Positions 48,200-59,152 of a DNA stretch of 64,000 bases are shown piece by piece; the first letter of the stretch is position 1; every line of letters begins with the position of its first letter. The position numbers and the translations under genes are program-made. The notes beneath the pieces were generated by a model. It saw only the letters and a list, made by a program, of their open reading frames with translations. It searched no databases and had not been told where the DNA came from. The stretch is taken from positions 576,001-640,000 of the forward strand of contig CBDBGZ010000009.1 in the NCBI GenBank assembly GCA_965205425.1, read 5' to 3'. This stretch comes from Nitrosopumilus sp. (lineage in GTDB: Archaea; Thermoproteota; Nitrososphaeria; Nitrososphaerales; Nitrosopumilaceae).

Positions 48200-49560
48200 A
48201 TATTAAGCGAAGTTTTTCTTGTTACAAAAATAATACTCATTATAGAAATTATCAAAACAAGTATTGCAATACTTCCAAATTCAGGTACTACAACTAGAGC
48301 AAATTCAGTTTCTTGACCTGTATTTCTAATATTTTCAAATTTAATAATTGTTGGACCAGTTTGATCTTCAGAGAATGTAAATTTCTCAAATTCTCCTCCA
48401 ATTTGAGCAGTTCCAGATGTACGGTGAATTTCTTGTCCATTTTGAATTATTACAAATGTATAATCAGAGCTTCTCATAGGTTCATTTGTTTTTCCATCCC
48501 TGATTGTAAAAATAAAATTAGTATCAATGCCAGGTTCTACAGATATAGGATCCCATGCAAGATTAATTTTGAAGTCTTCACTTTTTGTATATGCTTCTAA
48601 TGGAAATGAAGCATCTTCACTTGCAGATAATGTAAATAACATATTATCAGGTAAAGGCTTATCAGATTTTTTCATTTCATTTTTCATATATCGTAAATGA
48701 TCTTGCAATAAAACAAGATGAACTATTCTTTCATCATCTTCAGTATAATCATCAACTGCAACTGAGGATTTGAATAATTCAATTCCATTTACATTTGCAG
48801 AATAGCTAGGAGATAAAAATTCTACAAAATCTTTTGGGAAATGAGTTTCAACATGTACTACTGGTACATGAGACATTTGTTTTTCACTCCAATCAAAAGG
48901 CATTTCAAAAGTGATTTCTTTAGCCTCAGAATTATACTCAAAATTCGATATTGTGTCAAAATATGACTTTGAACCAAATTCAACAGAATTAGTCTCAGAA
49001 TCTTGCTCCATGAAAAACTTAGTCTCAATCAGGCTCAAATCTGCATTATAGATACCAGAATTCTCTATGATGTTTGTAGGTTCATCAATAGTTCTTACTT
49101 CAATTTCAAAATTATACAATCCACCTGATGTAAAAAGCGGGCCAATTATTTCAACAGGGTTGGATTCTGTTCCATGCCAAGCACCAAGTAGAGAATCTTG
49201 TTCTCCATTAATTATAAAATTATTATATCCTTGTTGAGGAGAAATCTTAATTGGTAACACACCATTTTCTGTAAAGAAATAATTTCTAAAAATCATTTCA
49301 TCTTTATGAAATAACCCAATAAGAAAAGTTACATTTTTTGCATTTTCTTTTGTTTCGTCTTCTGTTGCAGTAATTGTGATTTGGCCCTCCTGATCACTTT
49401 CAAAATACATTGGCATCTCTACTGATATTGTGAGTTGTTTACCTTGTACATCTACTGAGGATATGGTATCAATTCCAAATCCATGTCCATAGACACTACT
49501 TGCAGGAAACAATAAGCATGCAACTAGTACAAATATTACAAAATTTTTGAATGGCATCAT
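48196..49560 (-). CDS. PEFG-CTERM surface protein with N-terminal His (HGFG)
   Basis: ...SVYG|HGFG; VVPEFG+TM; paralog of the 36306 and 38104 ORFs. Confidence 0.82.
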   Translation of the reverse strand: MMPFKNFVIFVLVACLLFPASSVYGHGFGIDTISSVDVQGKQLTISVEMPMYFESDQEGQITITATEDETKENAKNVTFLIGLFHKDEMIFRNYFFTENGVLPIKISPQQGYNNFIINGEQDSLLGAWHGTESNPVEIIGPLFTSGGLYNFEIEVRTIDEPTNIIENSGIYNADLSLIETKFFMEQDSETNSVEFGSKSYFDTISNFEYNSEAKEITFEMPFDWSEKQMSHVPVVHVETHFPKDFVEFLSPSYSANVNGIELFKSSVAVDDYTEDDERIVHLVLLQDHLRYMKNEMKKSDKPLPDNMLFTLSASEDASFPLEAYTKSEDFKINLAWDPISVEPGIDTNFIFTIRDGKTNEPMRSSDYTFVIIQNGQEIHRTSGTAQIGGEFEKFTFSEDQTGPTIIKFENIRNTGQETEFALVVVPEFGSIAILVLIISIMSIIFVTRKTSLNI

Positions 49561-49562
49561 AT

Positions 49563-50270
49563 CTACACTGTTAGTAATTCTTCAACTCGTTTAATTAGTT
49601 CATCCATAGTTATAGCTTCCAAAATAGGTTGAAGTTCATGTGGATCTTTTGCACCAATTGCAGATAATGAATAGATATAATCAATTGTAGGGGTATCAGT
49701 GTTTAGATAGTATTGTTCTAAAACATGATCTAATGAATGTGAATCAACAATTTGTGGCAAAGCTTGTTTAATGATTTTCTTTTTCCATAATTCAACAAGT
49801 GCTTCCCATTTCTCAAGTGAAATGCTCTCATCAATTTCTGGAATCATCTCAACTTCAGCTTGAATGTACATTTTTTCTTCTGTTCCAATCTTTTCATGTA
49901 TTTCAGAAATTTCCTGATGTCCTTCTACTGAGAGAGGATCATAATTTGCAGGTTGAGAAATAGATGGTGGAATGATTCGTTTAATTTTAAATGAATTTCG
50001 TCCTAATGTTTCAATGTGTAATTGCAATCCATCAAGTTCTACATCCTCACATTTTGAAATTTTAGCAATAGTTCCTACTAATTTAGGAGAATTCCAGCCA
50101 TTAACAGAATTATGCTCATCAATCAAGCAAACTCCAAACTGACCATCTCCAATCATACAGTCATCTACTAGTTGCTTGTAGCGAGGCTCAAAAATTCGGA
50201 GTGGTAATTCTTGTCTTGGGAATAAAACCAAGTCTAATGGAAAAATTGGAATAATTTTTGTTTCAGTCAA
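49563..50270 (-). CDS. LON peptidase substrate-binding domain protein
   Basis: IPIFPLDLVLFP..LPLRIFEPRYKQLV. Confidence 0.88.
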   Translation of the reverse strand: MTETKIIPIFPLDLVLFPRQELPLRIFEPRYKQLVDDCMIGDGQFGVCLIDEHNSVNGWNSPKLVGTIAKISKCEDVELDGLQLHIETLGRNSFKIKRIIPPSISQPANYDPLSVEGHQEISEIHEKIGTEEKMYIQAEVEMIPEIDESISLEKWEALVELWKKKIIKQALPQIVDSHSLDHVLEQYYLNTDTPTIDYIYSLSAIGAKDPHELQPILEAITMDELIKRVEELLTV

Positions 50271-50322
50271 CTAGTGATATTGAAACGTCTCTAGATATAT
50301 GGAATACGGATTTTCTGAAAAA

Positions 50323-51252
50323 TTAAAATCCATTCTCATTGAGAATCATACCTAATAGAGCAGAACGTGTATGTTTTCCGTATTCAGCTTGTTCAAAGTA
50401 CTTGGCATTTTTTGTTTTATCAACATCAGCTGAAATTTCATCTATTCTTGGTAGTGGATGTAAAATTATTGAATCATTTTTCATTCGTTTTAGCATGTCT
50501 AACCCTACCACATAACTTCCCTTTACTTTGAGATATTCTTCTTCATCAGGGAATCTTTCTTTTTGAATTCTGGTAACATAAAGAACATCAAGTTCATCTA
50601 GATGTTCTTCAATATCAGCAGTTTCAGTAAAGTCTAATTTCTTTTTTATTTCATAAGTTGAATCGGATCTAATTCTTAGTGATTCGGGAGAAATTAATCT
50701 AACATCAACATCATAGTTTCCTAAACCATGTAATAGTGAGTAGACAGTTCGGCCATACTTTAGATCACCAACAATTCCAATTTTAAGACCATCAATCTTT
50801 TTCTTTTCTTTTTTAATTGTAAACAAATCTTGAATTGCTTGAGTTGGATGTTCTTCGGTACCACTGCCTGCATTGATAACTGGTTTTTCAGAAATTTCAG
50901 CTGCAAATCTACTTGAACCATCCAAAGTATGGCGTAAAACAAGTATGTCTGAATAAATGGACATTATTCTAACAGTATCAGCTAGACTTTCACCTTTTTG
51001 AGTTGAGGAAGATGTAATGTCAGAAATCCCTAATGAATTTCCACCAATTGATGCCATTGCTGAATCAAAGCTAAGACGAGTTCTGGTACTTGGCTCATAA
51101 AACAGATATCCCAAAGTTTTGCCTTTACAAATTTCCCTTCTATCAAAAGGGTTTAGCTTCATAATTTTGTCAGTGGCTGTAAAGATGGACTCTAGTTGTT
51201 CTTTAGAATAGTCCTTAATTGAGATGATGTCTTTTTGGTAGAACTCGTTCAT
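50323..51252 (-). CDS. pyrB: Aspartate carbamoyltransferase catalytic subunit
   Basis: FYEPSTRTRLSF, HPTQ, GDLKYGRTV and HPLPR. Confidence 0.97.
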   Translation of the reverse strand: MNEFYQKDIISIKDYSKEQLESIFTATDKIMKLNPFDRREICKGKTLGYLFYEPSTRTRLSFDSAMASIGGNSLGISDITSSSTQKGESLADTVRIMSIYSDILVLRHTLDGSSRFAAEISEKPVINAGSGTEEHPTQAIQDLFTIKKEKKKIDGLKIGIVGDLKYGRTVYSLLHGLGNYDVDVRLISPESLRIRSDSTYEIKKKLDFTETADIEEHLDELDVLYVTRIQKERFPDEEEYLKVKGSYVVGLDMLKRMKNDSIILHPLPRIDEISADVDKTKNAKYFEQAEYGKHTRSALLGMILNENGF

Positions 51253-51293
51253 TCTTTCAATAATATATACAGGTGACTATACAAAGTATTCTG

Positions 51294-51755
51294 ATGGAAC
51301 AGTCCGACCTTATGGTTCGACGAATTAAGGAAGGTACTGTAATTGACCATATAGACGAAGGTAAGGGTCTTCAGGTTCTAAATGCATTAAGAATTGATGG
51401 AAGAGATGGTAGTCTAATTACCATAGCCTTGAATGTTCCAAGTGGGAAATTTAAGAAAAAAGATATCATCAAGGTAGAAAACAAGTTTCTAAAAGATGAT
51501 GACACAAACAAACTAGCAGTGATTGCACCAACTGCAACTATCAACATGATAAAAGAGTACAAGCTTGTTGAAAAAAGAAGAGTTGCGCTACCAAATGAGA
51601 TTGATAGAATTTTTAGATGTTCAAACCCAGATTGTATTACAAACAGTACAGAACACATAGAATCAGTAATGGATGTAATTGACAAGAAAGGAAGAGTGCT
51701 CAAATGCAGATATTGTGCAAGAGTCTTAGACGTAAATCAGCTAAAATATAATTAA
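51294..51755 (+). CDS. pyrI: Aspartate carbamoyltransferase regulatory subunit
   Basis: GTVIDHI, KKDIIKVE, CSNPDCITN and CRYC; divergent from pyrB. Confidence 0.95.
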   Translation: MEQSDLMVRRIKEGTVIDHIDEGKGLQVLNALRIDGRDGSLITIALNVPSGKFKKKDIIKVENKFLKDDDTNKLAVIAPTATINMIKEYKLVEKRRVALPNEIDRIFRCSNPDCITNSTEHIESVMDVIDKKGRVLKCRYCARVLDVNQLKYN

Positions 51756-51792
51756 AGAAAAAATCTAAAAATTGAAAAATTTGTTGTTTGGA

Positions 51793-52098
51793 CTATTGTC
51801 CTAAGATGATAAACATCATAACTATACCGTAGATTGCGATTGATTCGACCATACCTACGAAGATGAATACCTTTGATTGTAAAGCTGGGTTCTCACTAAT
51901 GACTGCAAGACCGGCTGCACCTACTTGACCAAGACCTATTCCTGCTCCACCGGCTGCAATACCAAAGGCTAATCCAGCACCTAGAAGTTTCATAGAGTCG
52001 CCACTAGATGCACCATCTTCTGCTGCAAATGCAACTCCGGTTGAACCTAGAATTGAAATTGCTGATGCTGCCAAAAGTAACATGACGATAGATTTCAT
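51793..52098 (-). CDS. atpK: A-type ATP synthase proteolipid subunit c/K
   Basis: GAGIGLG..GAAG and VESIAIYG (carrier Glu). Confidence 0.92.
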   Translation of the reverse strand: MKSIVMLLLAASAISILGSTGVAFAAEDGASSGDSMKLLGAGLAFGIAAGGAGIGLGQVGAAGLAVISENPALQSKVFIFVGMVESIAIYGIVMMFIILGQ

Positions 52099-52150
52099 TT
52101 ACGATCAGGCTCCATGATATCCATATTTAAATCATGATGAGATAAGAATT

Positions 52151-52282
52151 TTAGATTCGATCTAAAGTTTTCTTTTTGAATGATGACAGATCGTCTTTGA
52201 TAGATTTTACGAAATTATCGTAATCTCCATCTAATTCTTTCTTTGAATTATCAAGTAATTTTTTAATTTCTTCTTTTGCCAT
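52151..52282 (-). CDS. Small helical protein (43 aa) inside the ATP synthase operon
   Basis: MAKEEIKKLLDNSKKELDGDYDNFVKSIKDDLSSFKKKTLDRI*; starts 2 bp after the atpD stop. Confidence 0.55.
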   Translation of the reverse strand: MAKEEIKKLLDNSKKELDGDYDNFVKSIKDDLSSFKKKTLDRI

Positions 52283-52284
52283 TA

Positions 52285-52914
52285 TTATCTACTTTCCATC
52301 TTTGCCTTCACTTTTTTTAACTTTGCGAATTCTTCTCTTTCTCTCTCTTCAAGAGTAGATAGAATAAATCGGATATTATCTTTGTATTGTGGAATAATTA
52401 CATTTTCAAGTGCATTTAGCAGTTTTTGTGTCTTTTCTAATGCTTTTGCAAGACTAAAAATAGAATTTTCATATTCTGCTGCTTTACAGATTTTTGGCAT
52501 CAATTCTTTGATTTGTTTTGCTGCTCTATCAATTGAGGAATTTGTATCTGCAAATCCATAAGGCATTGATTTTGTATCTTTCTCAGTTACGGTAAGTGCT
52601 GGAATTTTAACATCAACGACTCTTCTAACATGAACATCTACTTCCATTACAGGTGGAGTAGATTCTGCAACAGAATCAACTGTGTTGGTACCTAGTGCTA
52701 GATATGCCTCATTAACTGATTTGTAAATATCTTGTAAAGGATCCCAAATTCCACCTCTTGCTTTTGATGCTTCTTGAATCATCTCTTCAATATTTTTTAA
52801 GAGAACTTTACGTTTATCATCTAAAATTTGCTGAACCATTACGGCTATTTGTGTAGATTTTTTGTATTTGAAAAGTTCAATTTTTGTTGCTGCAACGTTT
52901 TGTCCAAATGACAT
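52285..52914 (-). CDS. atpD: A-type ATP synthase subunit D
   Basis: ATKIEL..LDDKRKVL, NALENVIIP and LEEREREEF.KLK. Confidence 0.93.
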   Translation of the reverse strand: MSFGQNVAATKIELFKYKKSTQIAVMVQQILDDKRKVLLKNIEEMIQEASKARGGIWDPLQDIYKSVNEAYLALGTNTVDSVAESTPPVMEVDVHVRRVVDVKIPALTVTEKDTKSMPYGFADTNSSIDRAAKQIKELMPKICKAAEYENSIFSLAKALEKTQKLLNALENVIIPQYKDNIRFILSTLEEREREEFAKLKKVKAKMESR

Positions 52915-52918
52915 TTAG

Positions 52919-54304
52919 TTACTCTTCCTGGTAATATTTTTCTACGTGCTTGTCTTTGATTTTAGTAATCTCATTCTTTGGTAATTTTGATACAATCTTC
53001 CACATGAGAGCAAGTGTTTCTTCAATAGTTCTGTTCTCATCAGTTGCTTGTGTAAGAAATTCTTTTTCAAATGTATCACCTAGTTCCAAGTATTTGAGGT
53101 CAATTTCAGTAAGACCTGCTTTACCTACAATACCTGCTAGTGCTCTTACTTCTTGTGATCTAGAATATGCATCATAAACCTGATTAGAAACTTCACTGTG
53201 ATCATCTCTGGTACTTCCTTCACCAATTCCGTCTTTCATCAGCCTACTAAGACTCGACAAAATATTGATTGGTGGATAAACTCCTTGTCTGAATAAATCT
53301 CTACCAACTACGATTTGTCCCTCAGTAATGTAACCAGTAAGGTCAGGGATTGGGTGAGTAATGTCATCAGATGGCATTGATAGAATTGGAACTTGTGTTA
53401 CACTTCCTTTTCTTCCATTAAGTTTTCCTGCTCTTTCATAAAGTGTTGAAAGGTCAGTGTAAAGATAACCAGGATATCCTTTTCTTCCAGGAACTTCTTC
53501 TCTTGCTGCACTAATCTCTCTTAGTGCCTCTGCATAGTTTGTCATGTCAGTAATTACTACTAGAACATGCATTCCTAATTCAAATGCCAAATATTCTGCT
53601 ACAGTTAATGCTACACGCGGAGTGATGATTCTTTCAATTGCAGGATCATCTGCAGTGTTTAAGAATAGAACACTTCTTTTGAGTGCACCAGATTCTTCAA
53701 GACTTCGTCTGAAATATTCTGCTTCACTGTATTGCACACCAATTGCTGCAAAGACTACAGCAAAGTCATCTTGTTTTCCAACAACACTTGCTTGTCTTGC
53801 AATTTGTGCTGCCAAAAGATTGTGAGACATACCAGAACCTGAAAAGATTGGAAGTTTTTGTCCTCTAACTAGAGTCATCAATCCATCAATTACAGATACA
53901 CCAGTTTGAATGAAATCCTTTGGATATTCACGTTGTTCTGGATTCATTGGTTCACCGTTAATATCTACAAATTTATCAGCAATTGGATCTGGGAGTCCAT
54001 CTTTTGGTCTTCCTAATCCATCAAATACTCTACCAAGTACCTCTTTTGATACTGGCATTTCCATAACTTTACCTACAAATTTTGCGTTAGTTCCAGAGAT
54101 TGATAATCCAGTTGTTCCCTCAAAGACTTGTACAATTGCTTTTCCATTTCCTACTTCGAGAACTTTACCTAATCTTCTTTCGCCTTCAGTAGTTTCAATT
54201 TCAACTAATTCATCAAATGCTGCATTTTCAACATCATCTACAACAACTAATGGACCTTTGATTTCTGCAATCTTACTGTATTGAACTCCACCTTCTGCTG
54301 TCAA
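52919..54304 (-). CDS. atpB: A-type ATP synthase subunit B
   Basis: [27 protein letters not shown] and [15 protein letters not shown]. Confidence 0.97.
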   Translation of the reverse strand: MTAEGGVQYSKIAEIKGPLVVVDDVENAAFDELVEIETTEGERRLGKVLEVGNGKAIVQVFEGTTGLSISGTNAKFVGKVMEMPVSKEVLGRVFDGLGRPKDGLPDPIADKFVDINGEPMNPEQREYPKDFIQTGVSVIDGLMTLVRGQKLPIFSGSGMSHNLLAAQIARQASVVGKQDDFAVVFAAIGVQYSEAEYFRRSLEESGALKRSVLFLNTADDPAIERIITPRVALTVAEYLAFELGMHVLVVITDMTNYAEALREISAAREEVPGRKGYPGYLYTDLSTLYERAGKLNGRKGSVTQVPILSMPSDDITHPIPDLTGYITEGQIVVGRDLFRQGVYPPINILSSLSRLMKDGIGEGSTRDDHSEVSNQVYDAYSRSQEVRALAGIVGKAGLTEIDLKYLELGDTFEKEFLTQATDENRTIEETLALMWKIVSKLPKNEITKIKDKHVEKYYQEE

Positions 54305-56079
54305 TTTGATACTTTAACTCCTGAAATTGATTTGAATTGTTCTTGCATATCTTTATCTAATTGTTCAAGTTTTGGCATCTCATCATCTTTGATATCCATT
54401 CTTGCTTTAAGTAAACTGCTTACTACACCTAATTCACGTATATCAGATAATGCTGTACCTTCTTTGAGTGCTAGTTGTCCTTTCTTGTAAAAGTCAACCA
54501 ATAATTTCATTAATTTGAATTGTTTTTCTGGACTACAATAAGTATCAACATCATCAAATGAGTTTTGTTGTAACAAACCAATCTTTACCATTCTTGCAAC
54601 CTCAAGAATTAATTTTTCTTCATCAGGTAATGCTTCAGGACCTAAGAGTCTAACAATTTCTTTTAGTGTGTCTTCTCTTTGTAGAATACCATAAGTTTCA
54701 CTTCTAATGTTAAACCAATCTTCACTAATGTTTTCACTCCACCATTTTGCAATATCTGCAAGATAGCCAGAATAGCTGTTCATCCAATTAATTGAGGGAT
54801 AGTGTCTAGAGTATGCAAGTTTTGCATCCAAAGCCCAAAAAGTTTTGATAAATCTCATTGTGTGAGTTGTAACTGGTTCTGTAAAGTCACCACCAGATGG
54901 AGAGACAGCACCAATCAAAGTAACTGAACCGTTACGGTCTGGACTACCAGATGCCTGAACACGACCTGCTCTTTCATAAAATTCTGCCAATCTAGATGCT
55001 AAGTATGATGGATAACCTTCTTCTGCAGGCATCTCTTCCAACCTGCCACTCATTTCTCTGAGTGATTCAGCCCATCTACTTGTAGAATCGGCTACTAGTA
55101 CAACGTCTTTACCCATATCTCTGTAATATTCTGCAATTGTGACACCAGTGTAGATACTTGCTTCTCTTGCGGCTACTGGCATGTTACTTGTATTTGCAAC
55201 AAGAACAGTTCTATCCATAAGTGGTTTTCCACTACGTGGATCTTTAAGATGTGGAAATTCAACTAATACTTCAGTCATTTCATTTCCTCTTTCACCACAA
55301 CCAATGTAAACAACAACTTGAGAATCAGCCCATTTTGCAATTTGGTGCAATGTAACAGTCTTTCCTGTTCCAAATGCTCCAGGAATTGAACCAGTTCCTC
55401 CTTTTGCAATTGGGAAGAATGTGTCAATAACACGTTGTCCAGTTAAGAGTGGGACAGTTGGATCGTGTCTCTTATTGTAAGGACGTGGTTTTCGTACTGG
55501 CCATTTGTGATACATTTTAACATCAACTGATTGTCCATCTTTTTCAGTAGTAGCTAGTAGAGTTTCTAAATCGTAATCTCCTTCGGATACAAGATTTGAT
55601 AGTTTTCCACCTTTATGATCTGGTGGAAGCATGATAGGGTGTTCGATAAGATCAGTTTCTTGAACAGTTCCGATAATATTTCCTGCAGCAACTTCATCTC
55701 CATTACTTGCAGTTGGAACAAAATGATATTTTTTTGTCATGTCTACAGCAGATGTTGTGATACCCCTTCCGATGAAGGAACCAGATGCTTTAGATAATTC
55801 TCTTAATGGTCTTTGAATTCCATCATAAAGTTGTCCAATAATTCCTGGACCTAATAATACACTGAGTGGGTTTCCAGTACCAACTACAGGCTCACCTGGT
55901 TTTAATCCACTTGTTGATTCGTATACTTGAATGAATGCTACATCTCCGGTAAGTCGAATAACTTCACCTACTAATTTTGAATTTCCTACAGTTACAGTCT
56001 CGTACATTTTTGCATCAGACATACCGTCTGCTCTTACAGCTGGGCCACTTACCCAAACAATTCTACCTTGAGCTGCCAT
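54301..56079 (-). CDS. atpA: A-type ATP synthase subunit A
   Basis: [17 protein letters not shown] and [12 protein letters not shown]; no intein. Confidence 0.97.
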   Translation of the reverse strand: MAAQGRIVWVSGPAVRADGMSDAKMYETVTVGNSKLVGEVIRLTGDVAFIQVYESTSGLKPGEPVVGTGNPLSVLLGPGIIGQLYDGIQRPLRELSKASGSFIGRGITTSAVDMTKKYHFVPTASNGDEVAAGNIIGTVQETDLIEHPIMLPPDHKGGKLSNLVSEGDYDLETLLATTEKDGQSVDVKMYHKWPVRKPRPYNKRHDPTVPLLTGQRVIDTFFPIAKGGTGSIPGAFGTGKTVTLHQIAKWADSQVVVYIGCGERGNEMTEVLVEFPHLKDPRSGKPLMDRTVLVANTSNMPVAAREASIYTGVTIAEYYRDMGKDVVLVADSTSRWAESLREMSGRLEEMPAEEGYPSYLASRLAEFYERAGRVQASGSPDRNGSVTLIGAVSPSGGDFTEPVTTHTMRFIKTFWALDAKLAYSRHYPSINWMNSYSGYLADIAKWWSENISEDWFNIRSETYGILQREDTLKEIVRLLGPEALPDEEKLILEVARMVKIGLLQQNSFDDVDTYCSPEKQFKLMKLLVDFYKKGQLALKEGTALSDIRELGVVSSLLKARMDIKDDEMPKLEQLDKDMQEQFKSISGVKVSN

Positions 56080-56082
56080 TTT

Positions 56083-56682
56083 CTAATTTCCCACTCCGAA
56101 TTTTGCTGCAATTTCTTTCCTTATTAAAGGCTTCAGACGTTCAATTCTGGCATCGATCGTATTATCGAATGTCATTGTACCATCTTTAGATTTTACTTTA
56201 ATTCCTCCAAGACAATCAATTGTATCAGAGGATAGTTCTGCTCCTGAAAATTGAGATAATGCAGACTGGACAACGTCTTTGTCTTTTGCGTTTGTAGAAA
56301 TACTAATTTCTGAAGTACCCAAAATTTGGGTTGCTTCTTCAATCAAAATTTTAATGAGATTTGAATAATCGCCACTGCGATCAGCATTTGCAATTTGGTC
56401 TAATGCGGTTGAAAATACCTTATCAACTGCTTCCTCTAATGCCATTAGTTGTTTATTTCTGGCTTCAATATCTGCACTTCCTGTGATCTGTTTTTCGATC
56501 TTGTCAGCCTCTTTTTTGCCATCAGAGATAATTTTATCATGTTCACTTTCCAATTTAGGAATAGCAGCATCTAGATTTTGTTGAGAATCATCTAATCCAG
56601 ATTTAATATTTGCCAAAATATCTTGTTCAGTGTTTTTTAGAATTTTGTCAATTGTACTTTCTAATGCAGAATTAGATGCCAA
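56083..56682 (-). CDS. atpE: A-type ATP synthase subunit E
   Basis: Coiled coil plus GGIKVKSKDG..DNTIDARIE; likely TTG start at 56682. Confidence 0.9.
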   Translation of the reverse strand: MASNSALESTIDKILKNTEQDILANIKSGLDDSQQNLDAAIPKLESEHDKIISDGKKEADKIEKQITGSADIEARNKQLMALEEAVDKVFSTALDQIANADRSGDYSNLIKILIEEATQILGTSEISISTNAKDKDVVQSALSQFSGAELSSDTIDCLGGIKVKSKDGTMTFDNTIDARIERLKPLIRKEIAAKFGVGN

Positions 56683-56769
56683 TGGGTGCCGTTGACCCAT
56701 AATGGATTTTAATGTTTGGGATGCTAATCAGAAAGATATTAAACTCAATAAAAATACCCAAAATTTGTC

Positions 56770-58869
56770 TTGGGAACAGCCGATCTAAAACTAGGAACCG
56801 TAATTTTACCAAGAAGTGAGTCTCCTAAAGCAATTTCAAGATTAACAGAGTTTGAGTGGTATCACAAAATTGATTCTGTCGGGGATTTAGTTACGCCTGA
56901 AATCGATGATTTGTTACTAAAAGCACAGCAAACTTACCAATCCATTGATGATGTCATCAAAGGGATGGGAATTCCTCTAGAAGTTGGAATTATGGAGATT
57001 CTATTCAAAGGAACTGTAATCAAGAAAAAAGACTATGAGATTAATGAAATTGAAGATATGGTAGAGCAGTTAAACAAAGAAGCTCCATCAATTATTGATA
57101 AACCAGCAGAACTTCTTGAAGAAGCAGCAACTGCCAGAGTTTCCATTGAAGAATACAAGTCACTCAAAGACACCTTAGAAGTAATTAAAAAATTAAAGAT
57201 GGATATTTCAGGATTTGGTTTAATGAGACACTTTTTCACAAATCTTTTTATAATTAATTCTGCAGATTATGATGAAATTAGTCGTTCCCTTGAAGGCATT
57301 ACTATTTACAAATATGACTTAGAGAATAAAGAAAAAGCAGCAATCTTGATTATTTCTGATTCTACAGATTCTGAAAAAGTTCTCAAAGTTTTACGTAGTT
57401 TCAATTCTAACACATTTAAAATTCCTGAAGGATTTCCTCAAATTCCTAGTGAGGCATATGCACTTGCAGAATCAAAAATAAAAGAGCTAGAAACAAAACA
57501 AGCCTCAATCAAAAAAGAGTTAGGAAAAATTACAAAGAAAGTTAGACGAGATATTCTAGCATTACATGAAAAAGCACAAGTTGCAAAAGATGTTCTTGAG
57601 ACTTTGAGAAAACCAGGTGGAACCAAAAACTTTGCAGTAATTCAAGGATTTATTCCAAAGAAAATGGAGGCAAAATTTACAGATTCAACTAAACAATGGA
57701 TGTCAGTTGTAGAAGATATCACTGACCCTAAACTAAAAGAAGAGATTCCAACCTTATTTGACAATAAACGATTTGTAAGAACTTTTGAAGTAATCACAAA
57801 AAGTCAGGGAATTCCAAAGGCTGGAGAACCAGACCCAACGCCTATGATTGCCCTAATGTGGCCAATTTTCTATGGACTGATGTTTGCAGATATGGGTCAC
57901 GGACTATTACTCATGGCTTTAGGATTACTATTCAAATTCAAAGGACAGGGAGAATTATCAAAATGGGGAATGCTCATTGCAATCTCTGGTGCATCGGCAG
58001 CTATAGCGGGTGTGGCGGCAGGAGAAGCATTTGGTTTCCATCTTGATCATATGGGTCCATTTGAAGGATTGTTGAAAGAAGGTGGAGCATTACATTCAGT
58101 TAGTTGGATAGTAGGTATTCTCAGTGTTGCTGAATTAACATTTGAACAAGTAATCAATATTCTCAAAGTTTCATTATTCATCGGAATCGTACACTTGGTT
58201 TGGGCAATGTCTCTACGTGTAATCAGATTACTAAAAGAAGGACACAAAATGGTAGTCTTTACTGAAGCAATTCCAAACATTACACTCTACGGAGGAATTG
58301 TTGTTATCATGATGTGTGCAATTGGTTCACAATATGACGTCATGAACATGTATTCCAAAGTTCACACAGAAGCTGTTCCTTGGGTAACAATGTTCCTAGG
58401 AGATTGGGCAGAAGTTTGGATTATTACAAGAATTTCAATTATTATCGTACTAGCATCAATGGTCATCATGATGGTTGGTGGCGTAATGCATGCAAAGAAA
58501 CATCCCGAAGATGGAGCAGATCCTGCCAGTGTAATCATGGAAGTTCTCTTAGGTAAAACAGTAGAGAGTTTAGCTCACACAATTAGTTATGCTCGACTTG
58601 GAATTATGTTACTGGTGCATGCGGCTCTGCTGATGACAGTAAACAATGCGTTCACATCTCTAGGAGGTGCCGAGTCTGGAGCTGCAATGGCCATGATTAT
58701 TGGAGGTAACTTGGGAATCATGATGATTGAAGGATTAATTGTATACATCCAGTCTCTAAGATTGCACTTGTATGAATTCTTTACAAAATGGTACGTAGGT
58801 GGTGCACAACCATTTAGACAAATTAGACCAGAATTGATTTACAATCAATTCATCTGGAAGAAGAAATAA
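56770..58869 (+). CDS. atpI: A-type ATP synthase subunit I (a)
   Basis: PTLFDN, DPTP..FYGLMFADMGHG, ISYARL and LRLHLYEFFTKW. Confidence 0.95.
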   Translation: MGTADLKLGTVILPRSESPKAISRLTEFEWYHKIDSVGDLVTPEIDDLLLKAQQTYQSIDDVIKGMGIPLEVGIMEILFKGTVIKKKDYEINEIEDMVEQLNKEAPSIIDKPAELLEEAATARVSIEEYKSLKDTLEVIKKLKMDISGFGLMRHFFTNLFIINSADYDEISRSLEGITIYKYDLENKEKAAILIISDSTDSEKVLKVLRSFNSNTFKIPEGFPQIPSEAYALAESKIKELETKQASIKKELGKITKKVRRDILALHEKAQVAKDVLETLRKPGGTKNFAVIQGFIPKKMEAKFTDSTKQWMSVVEDITDPKLKEEIPTLFDNKRFVRTFEVITKSQGIPKAGEPDPTPMIALMWPIFYGLMFADMGHGLLLMALGLLFKFKGQGELSKWGMLIAISGASAAIAGVAAGEAFGFHLDHMGPFEGLLKEGGALHSVSWIVGILSVAELTFEQVINILKVSLFIGIVHLVWAMSLRVIRLLKEGHKMVVFTEAIPNITLYGGIVVIMMCAIGSQYDVMNMYSKVHTEAVPWVTMFLGDWAEVWIITRISIIIVLASMVIMMVGGVMHAKKHPEDGADPASVIMEVLLGKTVESLAHTISYARLGIMLLVHAALLMTVNNAFTSLGGAESGAAMAMIIGGNLGIMMIEGLIVYIQSLRLHLYEFFTKWYVGGAQPFRQIRPELIYNQFIWKKK

Positions 58870-58906
58870 TTCTTAACTAATTTTTAGTGTAATGAATTTT
58901 CAGATT

Positions 58907-59105
58907 TTATTCTAATCCTTTTTCTAGCTTTATTTTTTTAATCACATCTTTAACTAATTCTTCATCTTTTATGACTAGTTCTTGCAATTTTTTTCTTATA
59001 TTCTTCATCACCCCATTTTTCTAGATTAAACATTTCTTTCACTAATTTTACAATTTCAGATTTATTTCTCTGATGATCACGTTTAGCTATTTCTGAACCT
59101 TCCAT
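58907..59105 (-). pseudogene. Small hypothetical gene with an apparent +1 frameshift in an A7 run
   Basis: MEGSEIAKRDH...DEEYKKK continues as LQELVIKDEELVKDVIKKIKLEKGLE* if one A at 58988-58994 is removed. Confidence 0.4.
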
Positions 59106-59152
59106 GATTTTTCTGAAAGAATAATGAACTTAAGAATATTGATGATTGGAAT

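Noticed and set aside
51793..52098. Na+-translocating c-ring or horizontally acquired V-type ATPase
   Set aside because: The position of the Na+-ligand Gln is Leu (GIGLG), and the subunit has a single hairpin with the usual thaumarchaeal A-type layout
58907..59105. Phase-variable homopolymer switch
   Set aside because: An A7 run is short for an AT-rich genome and cannot be told from a sequencing indel without reads
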